From contig NC_134030.1 of assembly GCF_964204645.1 (NCBI RefSeq), positions 13,448,656 to 13,512,655 of the forward strand: DNA of 64,000 nucleotides, read 5' to 3'. This document shows, one piece after another, positions 63,392 through 64,000 of this stretch. This DNA is from Tubulanus polymorphus. Its lineage: Eukaryota; Animalia; Nemertea. Below the pieces are notes generated by a model. The model made no database searches. It saw only the letters and a list, made by a program, of their open reading frames with translations, and was not told the DNA's origin. A program made the position numbers and the translations under genes. Position 1 is the stretch's first letter. The number at the start of each line of letters is the position of its first letter.

Positions 63392-64000
63392 ATGGTAGAA
63401 TTAAAAGAATACAGAATATTTGTTGATTCTAGAAAACTTACAAATTATAAATCACATTATTTACTAGTACAATTAGATAGAGAATTCAAGAATTGTGTAG
63501 ATTTAAAATTAGTTAATATAAGTTTATGTAATTCTTTTCATAATATATCGAATAAAAGTCTTGATCATTTAGCTTTTAAAATTCATGTTAGAAATTTGAA
63601 TAAATGGTTTCATCTTTATCTAAAACCAGGATTATATAATTTAGAAACATTAGCGCAAGAAATTAATAGAAGAGCTCGTTTAAAAATGGGTGCAGCTGCT
63701 AGATTTGAAATTAAATTTATCAAAAGTGATAGTTCGAATAAAATAAGAATAAAGTTAACTAATGAACAACATAGATTTCTAGTAAGAAAACCTTTAGCTA
63801 AACTGTTTGGAATTCTCCCGGATAGAGATTATTCAAGTATCGAAACTTATACAAATTTAATGACTTTTACACATTTTTATATTTATTGTAATTTAATCAA
63901 TCCTACAAAAACATTTGAAGCAACTAAAGATACAACATGTAATTCTAGTATAGTAAATATTTTACCATTAAAAAATGTTAAACAATTTGGAACGCAAATA
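63392..64000 (+). CDS. Penton/minor capsid protein-like (single jelly roll), partial; absent from the ORF track because it runs off the window
   Basis: 203 open codons: MVELKEYRIFVDSRK...LKLVNISLCNSFHNI...KPGLYNLETLAQEIN...LAKLFG...FYIYCNLI. The DS..., NSFxNI, GxY, LG and YIYC pattern matches Polinton-type pentons. Confidence 0.65.
   Translation, partial: MVELKEYRIFVDSRKLTNYKSHYLLVQLDREFKNCVDLKLVNISLCNSFHNISNKSLDHLAFKIHVRNLNKWFHLYLKPGLYNLETLAQEINRRARLKMGAAARFEIKFIKSDSSNKIRIKLTNEQHRFLVRKPLAKLFGILPDRDYSSIETYTNLMTFTHFYIYCNLINPTKTFEATKDTTCNSSIVNILPLKNVKQFGTQI

Larger units (their letters stand above)
57001..64000. mobile_element. Endogenous Polinton/Maverick (adintovirus)-like virus; left end missing, continues past the window
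   Basis: Abrupt shift to extremely AT-rich, intronless, tightly packed ORFs; pPolB, VLTF3-like, C2H2 and penton-like genes. Confidence 0.88.

Overview
AT-rich, repeat-dense genomic DNA from an animal (probably an invertebrate). Positions 9750-46647 (+) hold the last ten coding exons of TRAF3IP1/IFT54, which I spliced by hand into an intact 425-aa C-terminal frame. The introns and flanks are filled with mostly decayed transposons: a Chapaev-type element with a RAG1/Transib-like core and a PHD finger, piggyBac (one full-length degenerate copy, one non-autonomous), two hAT-like elements with 6-bp TSDs, an ISL2EU-like SAP-SWIM-YqaJ fragment, an IS3EU-like foldback, Tc1/pogo MITEs, three Helentron/DINE-like families and a Penelope-type inverted repeat carrying hammerhead-ribozyme motifs. 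An RTE-X-like LINE (esterase ORF1, EN-RT ORF2) lies at 53.3-57.0 kb. From about 57,000 to the window end is a very AT-rich, intronless endogenous Polinton/Maverick(adintovirus)-like virus encoding a protein-primed PolB, a VLTF3-like protein, a C2H2 protein and a penton-like protein. The standout observation is that this protein-primed PolB is interrupted in its catalytic YxD|TDS motif by an intein with a LAGLIDADG homing endonuclease that resembles giant-virus PolB inteins. Together with TAAATG motifs at gene starts and the VLTF3-like gene, this hints at gene exchange with, or dependence on, a nucleocytovirus. All family assignments come from motif recognition by eye; no database search was run.
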